From the IMG/VR virus record IMGVR_UViG_3300046012_000806, positions 6,385-70,384 of that record: 64,000 bases of DNA, one strand, 5' to 3'. Shown here in pieces: positions 48,270-57,666 of this stretch; position 1 is the stretch's first letter, and the number at the start of each line of letters is the position of its first letter. This DNA is from a virus. The notes below the pieces were generated by a model that was not told the DNA's origin, made no database searches, and saw only the letters and a program-made list of their open reading frames with translations. The position numbers and the translations under genes were made by a program.

Positions 48270-50102
48270 ATGCGCATAGTTGGGATAAAATACAACCACG
48301 ATGCCTCTGTCGCGATGATTGAGGACGGCAGGCTCGTGTTCTCTTTTGAGATGGAAAAAATCAACAATCGAAAAAGATACACCGTCATGGAAGACAAGCT
48401 CTGGATTGATGAAGCGCTATCCGAGGCTGGCTATTCGGCGGCAGACGTTGACCGATGGGCAGTTGATGCGTTCAATGCCCCAGAGAACCATTCATTTTTT
48501 GGCCTGCCTCTCGCTCCATACACCGAAGACGAGCGGCTCACAAAGCGGTTCAAGTTTCCGCCTTCTTCCATCCTGGCCAATGGCCGCCGCCCATATTCCA
48601 GCTTTCATCACACATACTCCCATGTCGCTGGCGCTTATGCGATGAGCGATTACGAGGATTGTTATTGCCTGGTCTGGGATGGGGGAATGTGGCCACGGCT
48701 ATATGAAAAAGCCAAGGTCGGCTGGCGGTTTATAGGGGAATTGCTCGGGCTGAGCGGCTCGATCTATGGCATCATGGGCCATTATTGGGGGCCGTTTCGG
48801 TCTGATGCGATCAGGGCATTGCCGTTCAACCCTTGCGTCGATGGCGGCAAGCGGTTCGCTCCATATGAGTGGCCTGGAAAGTTGATGGCCTATATAGGCC
48901 TGGGGCGGCCAAATGCCGGCCTTTCTTCGCAGATAAGAAGCATTGCCGATCGGCTCCCGAAGAGCCCAGACGCCAGGCGTGGATATATTGAGCACGCCTT
49001 TTGCCGGGAAATATTGTACAGCATTCCGGCCGCTCCGGACGAAGATGTTTTGTTGGCGGTCCATGATGCATTGAAAGATGCCATCATCGCCAGTTTGACT
49101 AAGCTGACACGCAGCGGTTCATCCATAATTTTCACTGGCGGAAGCGCTCTCAATATAAAGTGGAATTCTGCCATCAGAGCATGCGGCCATTTTCTATCAG
49201 TCTTTGTCCCGCCTGTCCCGAACGATGCCGGGACCGCGATCGGCGCGGCGGTTGCTGAGCGAATATATCAAACCGGCATCGAAAAAATCAATTGGCGCTT
49301 ATTCAGCGGACCGGCATTCGTTATTGATGAAGCCAATGACGGTTGGACGAAGAAGGCCGTGACGCCAGAAGCGGTGGCGCTAATATTGGTTAATGAGCCG
49401 GTGCTGTCTCTTTTTGGCCCCTCGGAAATAGGCCCCAGAGCCTTGGGCCATCGCTCTATATTGGCCAACCCAGGCCTCTTCGGCAACAAGGCTCTGCTCA
49501 ATAGGCTCAAGGGCCGTGAGAATTATCGCCCGGTTGCGCCGATTTGCTTGGAGGCAGAGGCCCCGAACTTTTTCTGTCCAGGGACCAAAGACCCATTCAT
49601 GCTTTTTGATCATGCCGCCATACCGCGTGTCGCTGATCTCATCCCGGCCGTTCTTCACATAGACGGCACCGCCCGGCTTCAAACGGTCTCCGCTAGCGAC
49701 CCAATCATCTGCGCGTTACTCAATGAGTTCCGCAAATTGACCGGACTGCCAATGCTTTGTAACACATCGGCCAACGAGTCGGGGGCCGGCTTTTTCTCGC
49801 GCCTGTCTCATGCCATGGCCTGGGCAGAGCGCGTCGGCATTCGCAAAATATGGATAGGCGACAGCGCGTCGCTCTGGGAGAGAGAAAATGAGCAAGGAAC
49901 AAGTCTCCGCTTCTTATATGGCTTCAATGAAAACGTATCACGACGCCGCCCTTTCACGCACGAGCAGCGTCAGGTTGGCGTTCATAACGGGCGCGGAAAA
50001 GCCCAGGTCAATCGGAAGGGCAATTCTGGACAATTTGCCGTTCAAGGCCACCGCTCCCTCCTCTTCGGATTACGATGTGACGGTTCCACCGGCCGATTAT
50101 GA
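48270..50102 (+). CDS. O-carbamoyltransferase (NodU/CmcH/TobZ family)
   Basis: HDAS, HHxxxH, DGG, GKLM, GGSALN, NDAG, EIGPRALGHRS, RPVAP, HIDGTARLQTV, NTS. Confidence 0.9.
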   Translation: MRIVGIKYNHDASVAMIEDGRLVFSFEMEKINNRKRYTVMEDKLWIDEALSEAGYSAADVDRWAVDAFNAPENHSFFGLPLAPYTEDERLTKRFKFPPSSILANGRRPYSSFHHTYSHVAGAYAMSDYEDCYCLVWDGGMWPRLYEKAKVGWRFIGELLGLSGSIYGIMGHYWGPFRSDAIRALPFNPCVDGGKRFAPYEWPGKLMAYIGLGRPNAGLSSQIRSIADRLPKSPDARRGYIEHAFCREILYSIPAAPDEDVLLAVHDALKDAIIASLTKLTRSGSSIIFTGGSALNIKWNSAIRACGHFLSVFVPPVPNDAGTAIGAAVAERIYQTGIEKINWRLFSGPAFVIDEANDGWTKKAVTPEAVALILVNEPVLSLFGPSEIGPRALGHRSILANPGLFGNKALLNRLKGRENYRPVAPICLEAEAPNFFCPGTKDPFMLFDHAAIPRVADLIPAVLHIDGTARLQTVSASDPIICALLNEFRKLTGLPMLCNTSANESGAGFFSRLSHAMAWAERVGIRKIWIGDSASLWERENEQGTSLRFLYGFNENVSRRRPFTHEQRQVGVHNGRGKAQVNRKGNSGQFAVQGHRSLLFGLRCDGSTGRL

Positions 50103-50643
50103 TTTCTCAAACTTTGACACATTGATTATGTCACACGGAGCAAATCACCTTGATTGGGTTGAGGACGCGCCAATCGACAAGAACAACAACACGATTGATG
50201 TGAACTTAAAAGGCTCAATAAATCTCGCGCAACGCTTCGTTCGCGGCACGATCGATAGGCCATACAAGAAGACTATAATTGCCATCGGGTCCATGGCCTA
50301 TCGCAGCGTCCTCAATGGGTCGGCCGCTTATTGCGCATCCAAGGCCGGCTTAGCCATGTTCATGCGTTGCCTCGCCTGGGAGTTGGCCCCGAAGGGATTT
50401 GGCGTTTACACAATTCATCCATCCAACACTCTTGGCGCGCCCATGAGCGAAGAGACCATCGTCGGCCTTATGCGCTATCGCGGGTTGAGTCGGGAGGAGG
50501 CGCGAGATTATTGGGGGGCGAGCTTGCCGAAGAAACAATGGTTGACTCCGGAGAATATATCCGATATGGTCAATTTCATTTTGTCTGGCAAGGCGGAATA
50601 TCTCTCCGGCTCCAATATAGAACTTCCCGGAGGCCAACGATGA
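49888..50643 (+). CDS. SDR-family oxidoreductase
   Basis: FITGA..SIG, VNL, IGS, YCASK catalytic motif, YLSG. Confidence 0.85.
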   Translation: MSKEQVSASYMASMKTYHDAALSRTSSVRLAFITGAEKPRSIGRAILDNLPFKATAPSSSDYDVTVPPADYDFSNFDTLIMSHGANHLDWVEDAPIDKNNNTIDVNLKGSINLAQRFVRGTIDRPYKKTIIAIGSMAYRSVLNGSAAYCASKAGLAMFMRCLAWELAPKGFGVYTIHPSNTLGAPMSEETIVGLMRYRGLSREEARDYWGASLPKKQWLTPENISDMVNFILSGKAEYLSGSNIELPGGQR

Positions 50644-50945
50644 AGACTGATGCGGCTGAAATCCTGGCCCTTGCGGCCAACACATTTCGCGAGCGCAACG
50701 CGATGGCTCGCGACAATTACAAAGTGGTCGGGAGGCTTCTTGAGGCATTGTTTCCGGAGGGCCTTAAAGTTGAATCCGCTCACGATTGGGAGCGGCTCAA
50801 CATTCTCCTCAGCATCCTCGGCAAGCTCACTCGATACACCCAGTCTTGGAAGGAAGGAGGTCACGAGGCGTCCTTGTTGGATATTCCAACCTATGCGGCT
50901 ATTCTGGCCATGATAGACGCAAACAAGAATGAGGCTCCATTTTGA
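50640..50945 (+). CDS. DUF6378/Nmad-like helical protein, degenerate paralogue
   Basis: Start reassigned to ATG 50640; FRERNA..LFPEGLKVE..K.TRY..GGH..D..Y. Confidence 0.6.
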   Translation: MKTDAAEILALAANTFRERNAMARDNYKVVGRLLEALFPEGLKVESAHDWERLNILLSILGKLTRYTQSWKEGGHEASLLDIPTYAAILAMIDANKNEAPF

Positions 50946-51424
50946 AGTTTCATCAAGTCTCTACTTACTGTTTCAACAAGATGCAAGAACTTGCCATCAT
51001 GGAAACTCTCGGTTTAACCACGGCCGACCATCCCTGGATCAAGGACCACGTCACCGGCCGCGCCCGTGTCCTGCGGCCGGACGGTACGCATTGGGAAGGC
51101 GAATCTGTCGCCAACAATATGTTCAATCGAAAGTTCGGAATTGAGTACGAAATAATTACTTTCAGATCAGGCCGCCACTGGCACATGGGCCATGATTATT
51201 TCGATGCGCGCCAACCATTCGTCTCTCATGTCGGCTTCCGCCTGGAAGACGAAGAGCCGTTCCCGGCGCTGAAAGCGCCCCTTGTCCAGGAGCTTTGGAC
51301 AACCCACCACACGAATGAATACCTGATCGCGAAGAGGCGAACATATCACTATCAGATCTTTGATACGCGGCCATTGACCGGCTTTTATTCAAAATACATC
51401 AAGAGGGTGCACGCCGATGGATAA
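50942..51424 (+). CDS. VOC/glyoxalase-superfamily protein
   Basis: FHQV, EYEII, SHVGF pattern. Confidence 0.55.
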   Translation: MKFHQVSTYCFNKMQELAIMETLGLTTADHPWIKDHVTGRARVLRPDGTHWEGESVANNMFNRKFGIEYEIITFRSGRHWHMGHDYFDARQPFVSHVGFRLEDEEPFPALKAPLVQELWTTHHTNEYLIAKRRTYHYQIFDTRPLTGFYSKYIKRVHADG

Positions 51425-51749
51425 TAGGAAATCCCTTTCGCACGCCAGCGCCGCCGTTTCTGCCGCCGATATTCTTGAGGAAGCGGCCACGACCTTTCGC
51501 GACCGGAACGCTGTGTATGGCGACAATTTCAAGCACGTCGGAGAGGTCATGATGGGCCTTTTCCCGGAAGGTCTGAAGGTGGAAACGGCGCACGACTGGA
51601 ACCGTCTGCACATCTTGCTGCTCTGCGTGGTGAAGCAAACGCGATACACCTTCAACTGGTCGAAGGGCGGCCACCACGACTCAATCCGAGACAACACGGT
51701 CTATTCGGCCATGCTGGAAATGATCGACGCGAATGGGCCGGAAAAATGA
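51417..51749 (+). CDS. DUF6378/Nmad-like helical protein (possible nucleotide pyrophosphatase)
   Basis: RNAVYG..K.TRY..HHDSIRD..Y. Confidence 0.6.
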   Translation: MDNRKSLSHASAAVSAADILEEAATTFRDRNAVYGDNFKHVGEVMMGLFPEGLKVETAHDWNRLHILLLCVVKQTRYTFNWSKGGHHDSIRDNTVYSAMLEMIDANGPEK

Positions 51750-51982
51750 GGAATGTGAAAAAAGAGAAAAAAGAGGCTTACAAAGGCGTCTTGACATGGC
51801 CTGAGTTGAAAAAGTTGATTGAAGACCACGCCAAGAAATCCTGCGGCCTTCCGATATCCCAAGAATTAGCCGTCAAAATAAATATAAAACAACTCTCAGA
51901 AGGGTCTCCGGCTTATTCCATTTCAAGGTGGGAAGCTGATGTTGAAATCATAATTGTGGACGAAGCGGACCTGTTTTCATGA
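51746..51982 (+). CDS. Hypothetical protein
   Basis: ATGA-coupled on both sides. Confidence 0.5.
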   Translation: MRNVKKEKKEAYKGVLTWPELKKLIEDHAKKSCGLPISQELAVKINIKQLSEGSPAYSISRWEADVEIIIVDEADLFS

Positions 51983-52515
51983 TCGCCTATTTGTTTGACA
52001 CGGAGACGAGCGGCTTGCTTGATAACCACTCAATCCCGCTCGACAAGCTGCCGGAGGTGATAGAGTTTTATGGCGCTGCCATCAATCTTTCAACCGGCGA
52101 ACTGACGCGCGAAATAAACACCTTGATCAAGCCGAAGAAGCCGGTCAGCGAAGAGATCACGCGCATCACCTCAATCACCAATGAGATGCTGGCGGATGCG
52201 CCCGTGTTTCGCGAAGTGGCCGGCAGCATCAAGTCAGCGCTGGAGATGACGCCTTGCGTCATTGCCCACAATCTGTCGTTCGACATGGAAATGATCGAAA
52301 CGGAATTTGAGCGCTTGGGAGAAAAAATAGCCTGGCCTGCCAGGAGGCTTTGCACCGTCGAAGCCACGATTCATCTGAAAGGGTTCCGGTTGCGGTTGAA
52401 TGATATGCATGAGCTTTTGTTCAATGAGCGCTTCGCCGAAGCCCACCGGGCGAAGAATGACGTGATGGCGCTCAAGCGCTGTTGCGAGGAGCTTTTCAAA
52501 AGAGGGGAGATATGA
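51979..52515 (+). CDS. DEDDh 3'-5' exonuclease (DnaQ/epsilon-like)
   Basis: FDTETSG, AHNLSFD, AHRAKND. Confidence 0.9.
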   Translation: MIAYLFDTETSGLLDNHSIPLDKLPEVIEFYGAAINLSTGELTREINTLIKPKKPVSEEITRITSITNEMLADAPVFREVAGSIKSALEMTPCVIAHNLSFDMEMIETEFERLGEKIAWPARRLCTVEATIHLKGFRLRLNDMHELLFNERFAEAHRAKNDVMALKRCCEELFKRGEI

Positions 52516-52841
52516 TTGAAGCCACGCCGGAGGAGATCGCCAGGTTCCTCAGTTATGTGGAAAAGCTGCCGAATGGCTGCCATTTTTGGACAGGCGGACG
52601 CTCTCGTGGCAAAGGCAACAAAAAGTGGTATGGGTCGTTCTGGTTTCGCGGGCAGTCAATAAGAGCCCATCGCTTTTCTTGCGAAGTGTTCGGGCACAAA
52701 CATTGCCCGCCGGAGCACGATCGCGACCACATATGCGAGTTTTCTTTATGTGTGAATGATGAACACATTGAAATCGTTCACAAGGACATTAACCAACAAC
52801 GCAAAATTGCGCGGCGCACAGCCAGAGGATTGCGGCCATGA
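52512..52841 (+). CDS. HNH endonuclease
   Basis: CHFWTG, AHR, DHICxxxLCVNxEH; start ATG 52512. Confidence 0.75.
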   Translation: MIEATPEEIARFLSYVEKLPNGCHFWTGGRSRGKGNKKWYGSFWFRGQSIRAHRFSCEVFGHKHCPPEHDRDHICEFSLCVNDEHIEIVHKDINQQRKIARRTARGLRP

Positions 52842-55684
52842 CAGTGCGGGTCCGCACAGGGTACTCTTTCAAGACGGCCATTGGCCATTTGCCTGACGTG
52901 ATGAAGCGCGTGCAGGAGATCGGCCTTGAAGCGGCCCCGATAACCGACAGGCTCTCCACGTTCGGTTTCAACCGCTGGACAAAGCTGGCCAAGGCCGCTG
53001 GCCTCAAGCCGATTTACGGGGTGGAGATCCCGGTGGTGGCGGAACTCGGAGCCGCCAAGCCGATTGTGGACGTGTGGACATTCCTGGCGATGGACGCCCT
53101 GCGCCCGCTTCACGAGGCCTTGGGCCTCGCCACCAGCAACCCCGGCCGCGAGCCTTCACTCACCATGACCCAGGCGCTACGCACCGAAGGCCTGATCAAG
53201 ATCGCCGGATCAAACTTCCTCATCGACCAGTTCCCCGCAGAACTTGAAGACGAGACGTTCTTCGTGGCGCTCAGCCCTTCAACGCCGAAAGGCTTGCTGC
53301 GGCGCGCTGTGAAGGCCGGGTTCAATCTCGTGGCGGCCAGCGAAAACTTTTACCCGAATGCCGCCGACAAGGAGCTTTACCGCGTCGCCCTTGGGCGCCG
53401 GTCCGCCACGCAGACTTACCCGATGCACTTGCTGACGGACGATGAGCATAAGGCCGCGCTCGCCTTCGTCGCCTCAGAGGAGGAAATTGAGGAAGCGCTG
53501 TTCAATCGTGGGGCGATATTTGCGGCTTGCAATGCGGAGATGAAAAAAGCAAGGCTTCTGGTGCCGGAGAAGCCGTTGTCGCTGCGGGCGATGTGCGAGC
53601 AAGGCGCGCAAACCAAGAGCGTTGACCTGAATGACGACATCTACAAGGCTCGTCTTGAGCGTGAGCTGGAATTGATCAAGGAGAAGGATTTTGAGGATTA
53701 TTTCTATATCCTCTCCGACACGATCCGTTGGGCAAAGAAGCGTATGGTGGTGGGTCCGGCGCGCGGCTCTTCGTGCGGGTCGTTGGTTTGTTACTTGCTT
53801 GACATCACAGAGATAGACCCTATTCCTTACAATTTGATTTTTGAACGCTTCATCGACATCAACCGCACTGATTTGCCGGACATCGATGTTGACTTCTCTG
53901 ACGTCAATCGCAACAAGGTTTTTGAATACGTCGAGGCGCGCTATGGGAAAGACCGCGTCGCGCGGCTGGGCACCGTTGGGACGTTCGGTTCACGCGCGGC
54001 GGTTAATGAAGCAGGCAAGTCGCTGCGCATTCCAGCCTGGCGAACCGCGAAGGTCATGGACTCAATCATTGAGCGATCGTCCGGTGACGCGCGAGCCATG
54101 CTGACGCTAGAAGATACATTGAACGAAACGGAAGCCGGACGTCTACTGCTCACGGAGCATCCGGAGATCAGAATTGCCGCGCGTATGGAAGGCCACCCTC
54201 GCAATGCCGGGCAGCACGCGGCCGGCGTCTTGATCACCGAAGACCCGATCGCGGAATATGTCGCCGTTGATAGCCGCACCAATGGCGCCATGGCGGACAA
54301 AAAAGATTCCGAAGACCTCAACCTGCTCAAGATTGACGCCTTGGGCCTCACGCAACTTTCCGTGTTTGAGCGCACGCTCGAACTCATCGGCGAAAAACCA
54401 ATCAGCGGCTGGCTAGAAAAAATTCCGTTGCACGACACGGCGGCATTCAAAGTCCTTAATGATAGGAAATATTCCGGCATCTTCCAATTCACCGGAACAT
54501 CTATGCGCACACTCAGTTCGCAAATTGAATTTACCGGCCTAGAAGACATCATCGCCATGACAGCCTTGGCACGCCCTGGGCCGCTGGGTTCCGGCGGCAC
54601 AACCTCCTGGATCAAGCGCAAGAATGGCGTGGAAGCGGTCTCAACCGCGCACCCCATGCTGACCGAACTCACCAAGGAGACATTCGGCATTGTCATTTAC
54701 CAAGAAACCGTTATGCGCATCGTGCGCGAAATGGGCAAGATGTCTTGGGAAGACACAAGCGCCATCCGCAAGGCAATGAGCGGCCGGCTTGGGGATGAGT
54801 TCTTCGCAAAGTTCTGGATCAAATTCAGAGACGGCGCAAAAGAGAATGGCGTTGAAGAAGCGGTGGCAAAGGGCATATGGGAGCAAGTGAACACTTTTGG
54901 CTCGTGGTCATTCAATCGTTCGCACGCGGTGGCTTACGGAATTGTATCTTATTGGTGCTGTTGGCTGAAGGCGCATCATCCTCTTGAATTTGCGGCGGCC
55001 ACGCTCGACGCGCAAAACGACCCGGCGAAGCAGATCGCGGTCCTTCGTGAATTGGCCGTGGAGGGAATTGATTATGTGCCGGTTGACGTTGAGCATTCCA
55101 GCGACCGATGGACGCCGGTCAAGAAAGGCAATCAACAATTCCTCGTCGGTCCGTTGACCGCGATCAAGGGCATAGGCCCCGCGACCGTCAGAGAAGTCAT
55201 GGATGCACGCAGGGCCGGTTCCGCCTTGCGCCCGGCAATTCTCAAGCGCTTGCAGAACGCGCAGACGGAAATTGATTCGCTGTTCCCGATCGCTGATAAG
55301 ATCAAAGCGCTGCATCCTGACTTGACGAAACTGAATATCTTTTCTGACCCGACGCCAATTTTCCAGGTGCAACCCGGTGTCCGTGGCGAGGTGATGATAT
55401 TCGCCTTGATCAAGAAGATTGCGCCGCGCGACGAGAATGAATCCATCAATGTTCAGAAGCGCGGTTACGCGCTTAAAGGGCCGACAAACGCTTTGAACAT
55501 GTTTTTCATGGACGATACAGAGGAGATTTTTTGCAAGATTGATCGTTTCAATTTTGAACGATGGGGGAAAAAGGTGATAGAAGAGGGCAAGGCGGGCAAA
55601 AGCCTTTATGCGGTCAAAGGCACTGTGCCGTCTTACTTCAGAATGATCAAGGTTTCAGCAATTCGTTATCTTGGCGAACTGTGA
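52838..55684 (+). CDS. dnaE: DNA polymerase III alpha subunit
   Basis: GPARGSS, PDIDVDF, HAAG, LKIDALGL, FNRSHAVAY. Confidence 0.95.
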   Translation: MTVRVRTGYSFKTAIGHLPDVMKRVQEIGLEAAPITDRLSTFGFNRWTKLAKAAGLKPIYGVEIPVVAELGAAKPIVDVWTFLAMDALRPLHEALGLATSNPGREPSLTMTQALRTEGLIKIAGSNFLIDQFPAELEDETFFVALSPSTPKGLLRRAVKAGFNLVAASENFYPNAADKELYRVALGRRSATQTYPMHLLTDDEHKAALAFVASEEEIEEALFNRGAIFAACNAEMKKARLLVPEKPLSLRAMCEQGAQTKSVDLNDDIYKARLERELELIKEKDFEDYFYILSDTIRWAKKRMVVGPARGSSCGSLVCYLLDITEIDPIPYNLIFERFIDINRTDLPDIDVDFSDVNRNKVFEYVEARYGKDRVARLGTVGTFGSRAAVNEAGKSLRIPAWRTAKVMDSIIERSSGDARAMLTLEDTLNETEAGRLLLTEHPEIRIAARMEGHPRNAGQHAAGVLITEDPIAEYVAVDSRTNGAMADKKDSEDLNLLKIDALGLTQLSVFERTLELIGEKPISGWLEKIPLHDTAAFKVLNDRKYSGIFQFTGTSMRTLSSQIEFTGLEDIIAMTALARPGPLGSGGTTSWIKRKNGVEAVSTAHPMLTELTKETFGIVIYQETVMRIVREMGKMSWEDTSAIRKAMSGRLGDEFFAKFWIKFRDGAKENGVEEAVAKGIWEQVNTFGSWSFNRSHAVAYGIVSYWCCWLKAHHPLEFAAATLDAQNDPAKQIAVLRELAVEGIDYVPVDVEHSSDRWTPVKKGNQQFLVGPLTAIKGIGPATVREVMDARRAGSALRPAILKRLQNAQTEIDSLFPIADKIKALHPDLTKLNIFSDPTPIFQVQPGVRGEVMIFALIKKIAPRDENESINVQKRGYALKGPTNALNMFFMDDTEEIFCKIDRFNFERWGKKVIEEGKAGKSLYAVKGTVPSYFRMIKVSAIRYLGEL

Positions 55685-55705
55685 GCCCAGGGGAGAGATT
55701 GCCCA

Positions 55706-56137
55706 ATGGGCACGGACGGCGATCTGAGAAAACTTTTCAAAGACCATATCCCCGGCGACTGGCAGGCCGTGGAGACATGGTCAACCGGCCAAGGCGTTCC
55801 TGACGCGAATTTTTGCATTGAGGGGGCGGAAGGCTGGATTGAGATGAAAAAAACCGCTGGCTGGGCGGTGAACATTGACGCGAATCAGGTCGGCTGGGCG
55901 GAGCGCCGCCTGCGGCATGGCGGGCGGGTGTTCCTCGCGGTGCGCCGGATGGCCGACGCCGGCCCGCGCCGGGTGGCGGCGGACGAGTTGTGGCTATTCC
56001 CAGGCAACCTGACGCGGGACGTGCTCGTCTCCGGCCTCAAGGCCACCGCAAGCCCCATGGGCGTTTGGTCAGGGGGGCCGAAAAAATGGGAGTGGGGAGC
56101 GGTGAAGAATATGCTAACTGCCTGGAAATTCAAGTGA
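55706..56137 (+). CDS. PD-(D/E)xK nuclease (VRR-NUC/resolvase-like)
   Basis: E..GVPD..WIEMK..Q..W. Confidence 0.7.
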   Translation: MGTDGDLRKLFKDHIPGDWQAVETWSTGQGVPDANFCIEGAEGWIEMKKTAGWAVNIDANQVGWAERRLRHGGRVFLAVRRMADAGPRRVAADELWLFPGNLTRDVLVSGLKATASPMGVWSGGPKKWEWGAVKNMLTAWKFK

Positions 56138-56147
56138 ATTTTTCTGC

Positions 56148-56176
56148 TTTCTTTTTATTCATTTTGGGTGCATAAT
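56148..56176 (+). promoter_or_regulatory. Phage promoter
   Basis: TTTCTT-N17-CATAAT. Confidence 0.7.
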
Positions 56177-56223
56177 CAGTTCTCCGGGCAATTTGCCCGG
56201 CCATCACTGAAGGGACGCCCGCC

Positions 56224-56880
56224 ATGAATGCCTTCCCGATCATCACGACCAACCTGCTTTCCATAGAGGAGGAGAATGCCTCCAAGGAAGTCTTCACGGC
56301 AATGAAGGAAGAAGACGCCCGCAAGGCGCGGCAGGCGAGGTTTGAGGAGCAATGCCGCAAAGAGCAGGCGGCGCGCGCAAAGGTTGAATTGCCGCACCTC
56401 AGGGCAATCGTCGCTGCCGGCGGAAAAGATTTCGCGCTTCAAGGCGACCCGCTGCAGTTGACGGTTTGTGGCGCCGACGCCAATTATTTAACAATCAAGG
56501 AAGAGCGAACGACCAGCGGCTGGCGCTCGGTCCCGACAGGAAAGCTTCGCATCTCTGTTTCTTGCATCTACGAAACCAAGTCCTTTCCTCAACGCAAGGA
56601 CGGAACTTTCAATTACCCCGAGATAGCCGCGCTCTTACGCGCTTGCTGCGAAAGGTCATTGGCCAGCGCCGCCAGGCGTTCCGTGGAAAATGGAAACAAG
56701 CCCGTGGCTGATGATTTCAAGGCGCAGCAAGGCATCGGGCAGTATTCTTCCGCCATCCGCCCTTCCGCTTCTGGGCCGAAGATGCTGGATTTCAACTTCA
56801 CGGTCAGCAAAACGCTCAACGCTGATGAAGCCGCAAAATTGATTGCCGGCCTGCGGTCGCTTGGTCTGCGGGTTGACTGA
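56224..56880 (+). CDS. Hypothetical protein
   Basis: First ORF after the promoter. Confidence 0.55.
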   Translation: MNAFPIITTNLLSIEEENASKEVFTAMKEEDARKARQARFEEQCRKEQAARAKVELPHLRAIVAAGGKDFALQGDPLQLTVCGADANYLTIKEERTTSGWRSVPTGKLRISVSCIYETKSFPQRKDGTFNYPEIAALLRACCERSLASAARRSVENGNKPVADDFKAQQGIGQYSSAIRPSASGPKMLDFNFTVSKTLNADEAAKLIAGLRSLGLRVD

Positions 56881-56973
56881 CCTTTCGGTCTGCGGGCGGC
56901 GGTTAGCCGCCCGTCTTCCGAAGGGCCAATCGGCCTTTCAAAAAAAGCAACCATCAGGAGCTAAAGAGCAAAA

Positions 56974-57666
56974 ATGGAAACCGCAGAGAACAATTACGGC
57001 ACCATGAAGCCGGCCGACCTGGTCGTGCACTTCAACGACCTGGTCGATCAAATCCACGAGACTGGACGCGGCGAAGCGTTCAAAAAGGTGACGCGCTTCG
57101 CCGACCTGGCCACCGGCATCAAGCGCTGCGAAGCGCTGGAAAAGGCGCTGGCGGTCGCGCAGGAAAACCCCAACCCCGATGGGCCGCTGACCGAGGAAAA
57201 AGACACGAACGGCACTTCCGCCGTTGGTGCGGACGACAACAAGGAGAGCGAACCGATGAGTGAAGAAAAGAAGAAGCCTGCCGGCAAAAAGGCCGCTGGC
57301 AAAAAGGCCGCTGGCAAAAAGGCCGCTGGCAAAAAGGCCGCCAAGCCCGCCGCTGCCGGCCCGGCCAAGAAGCGCACCGCCGCCACGGCCGGCGACGGAC
57401 CGTTCCCCATGGTGCGCGCCGGCACCAATCGTGACCTGGCGATCAAGCGGTTGCTGAAGGCCGATGGCGCGCCGGTGAAGCTGACGACCATTGTGACGGC
57501 CGTTTATGGCGCGGACGCAGCGGCCTCCGGCGAAGCGAAGGGCCAGATCAACATGGTGCTGAAGGGCATCGCGAACGTGATCGCCGAAAACAAGCTGCCC
57601 TTCAAGCTCGACAAGGTCAAGGAAGACGGAAAGGAAATCTCCTTTGCCCTCATCGCAAAAAAGTAG
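56974..57666 (+). CDS. Histone H1-like (KKAAG repeats) DNA-binding protein
   Basis: KKPAGKKAAGKKAAGKKAAGKKAAK; internal RBS and ATG at 57256. Confidence 0.6.
   Translation: METAENNYGTMKPADLVVHFNDLVDQIHETGRGEAFKKVTRFADLATGIKRCEALEKALAVAQENPNPDGPLTEEKDTNGTSAVGADDNKESEPMSEEKKKPAGKKAAGKKAAGKKAAGKKAAKPAAAGPAKKRTAATAGDGPFPMVRAGTNRDLAIKRLLKADGAPVKLTTIVTAVYGADAAASGEAKGQINMVLKGIANVIAENKLPFKLDKVKEDGKEISFALIAKK
57283..57341. repeat. 15-bp tandem repeat x4
   Basis: ggcaaaaaggccgct units. Confidence 0.9.

Noticed and set aside
50331-50639. N-terminal 103 aa of the listed 204-aa ORF
   Set aside because: Overlaps the SDR gene; paralogue alignment and ATGA coupling place the start at 50640
44966-52515. 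Known 7-deazaguanine, 2-aminoadenine or 5hmC-glucosyl pathways
   Set aside because: No DpdA/FolE/QueCDE, PurZ, ThyA-type hydroxymethylase or glycosyltransferase recognised
22097-57341. Short repeats as a CRISPR array or diversity-generating retroelement
   Set aside because: They are in-frame coding tandem repeats or isolated pairs; no spacers, cas genes or reverse transcriptase
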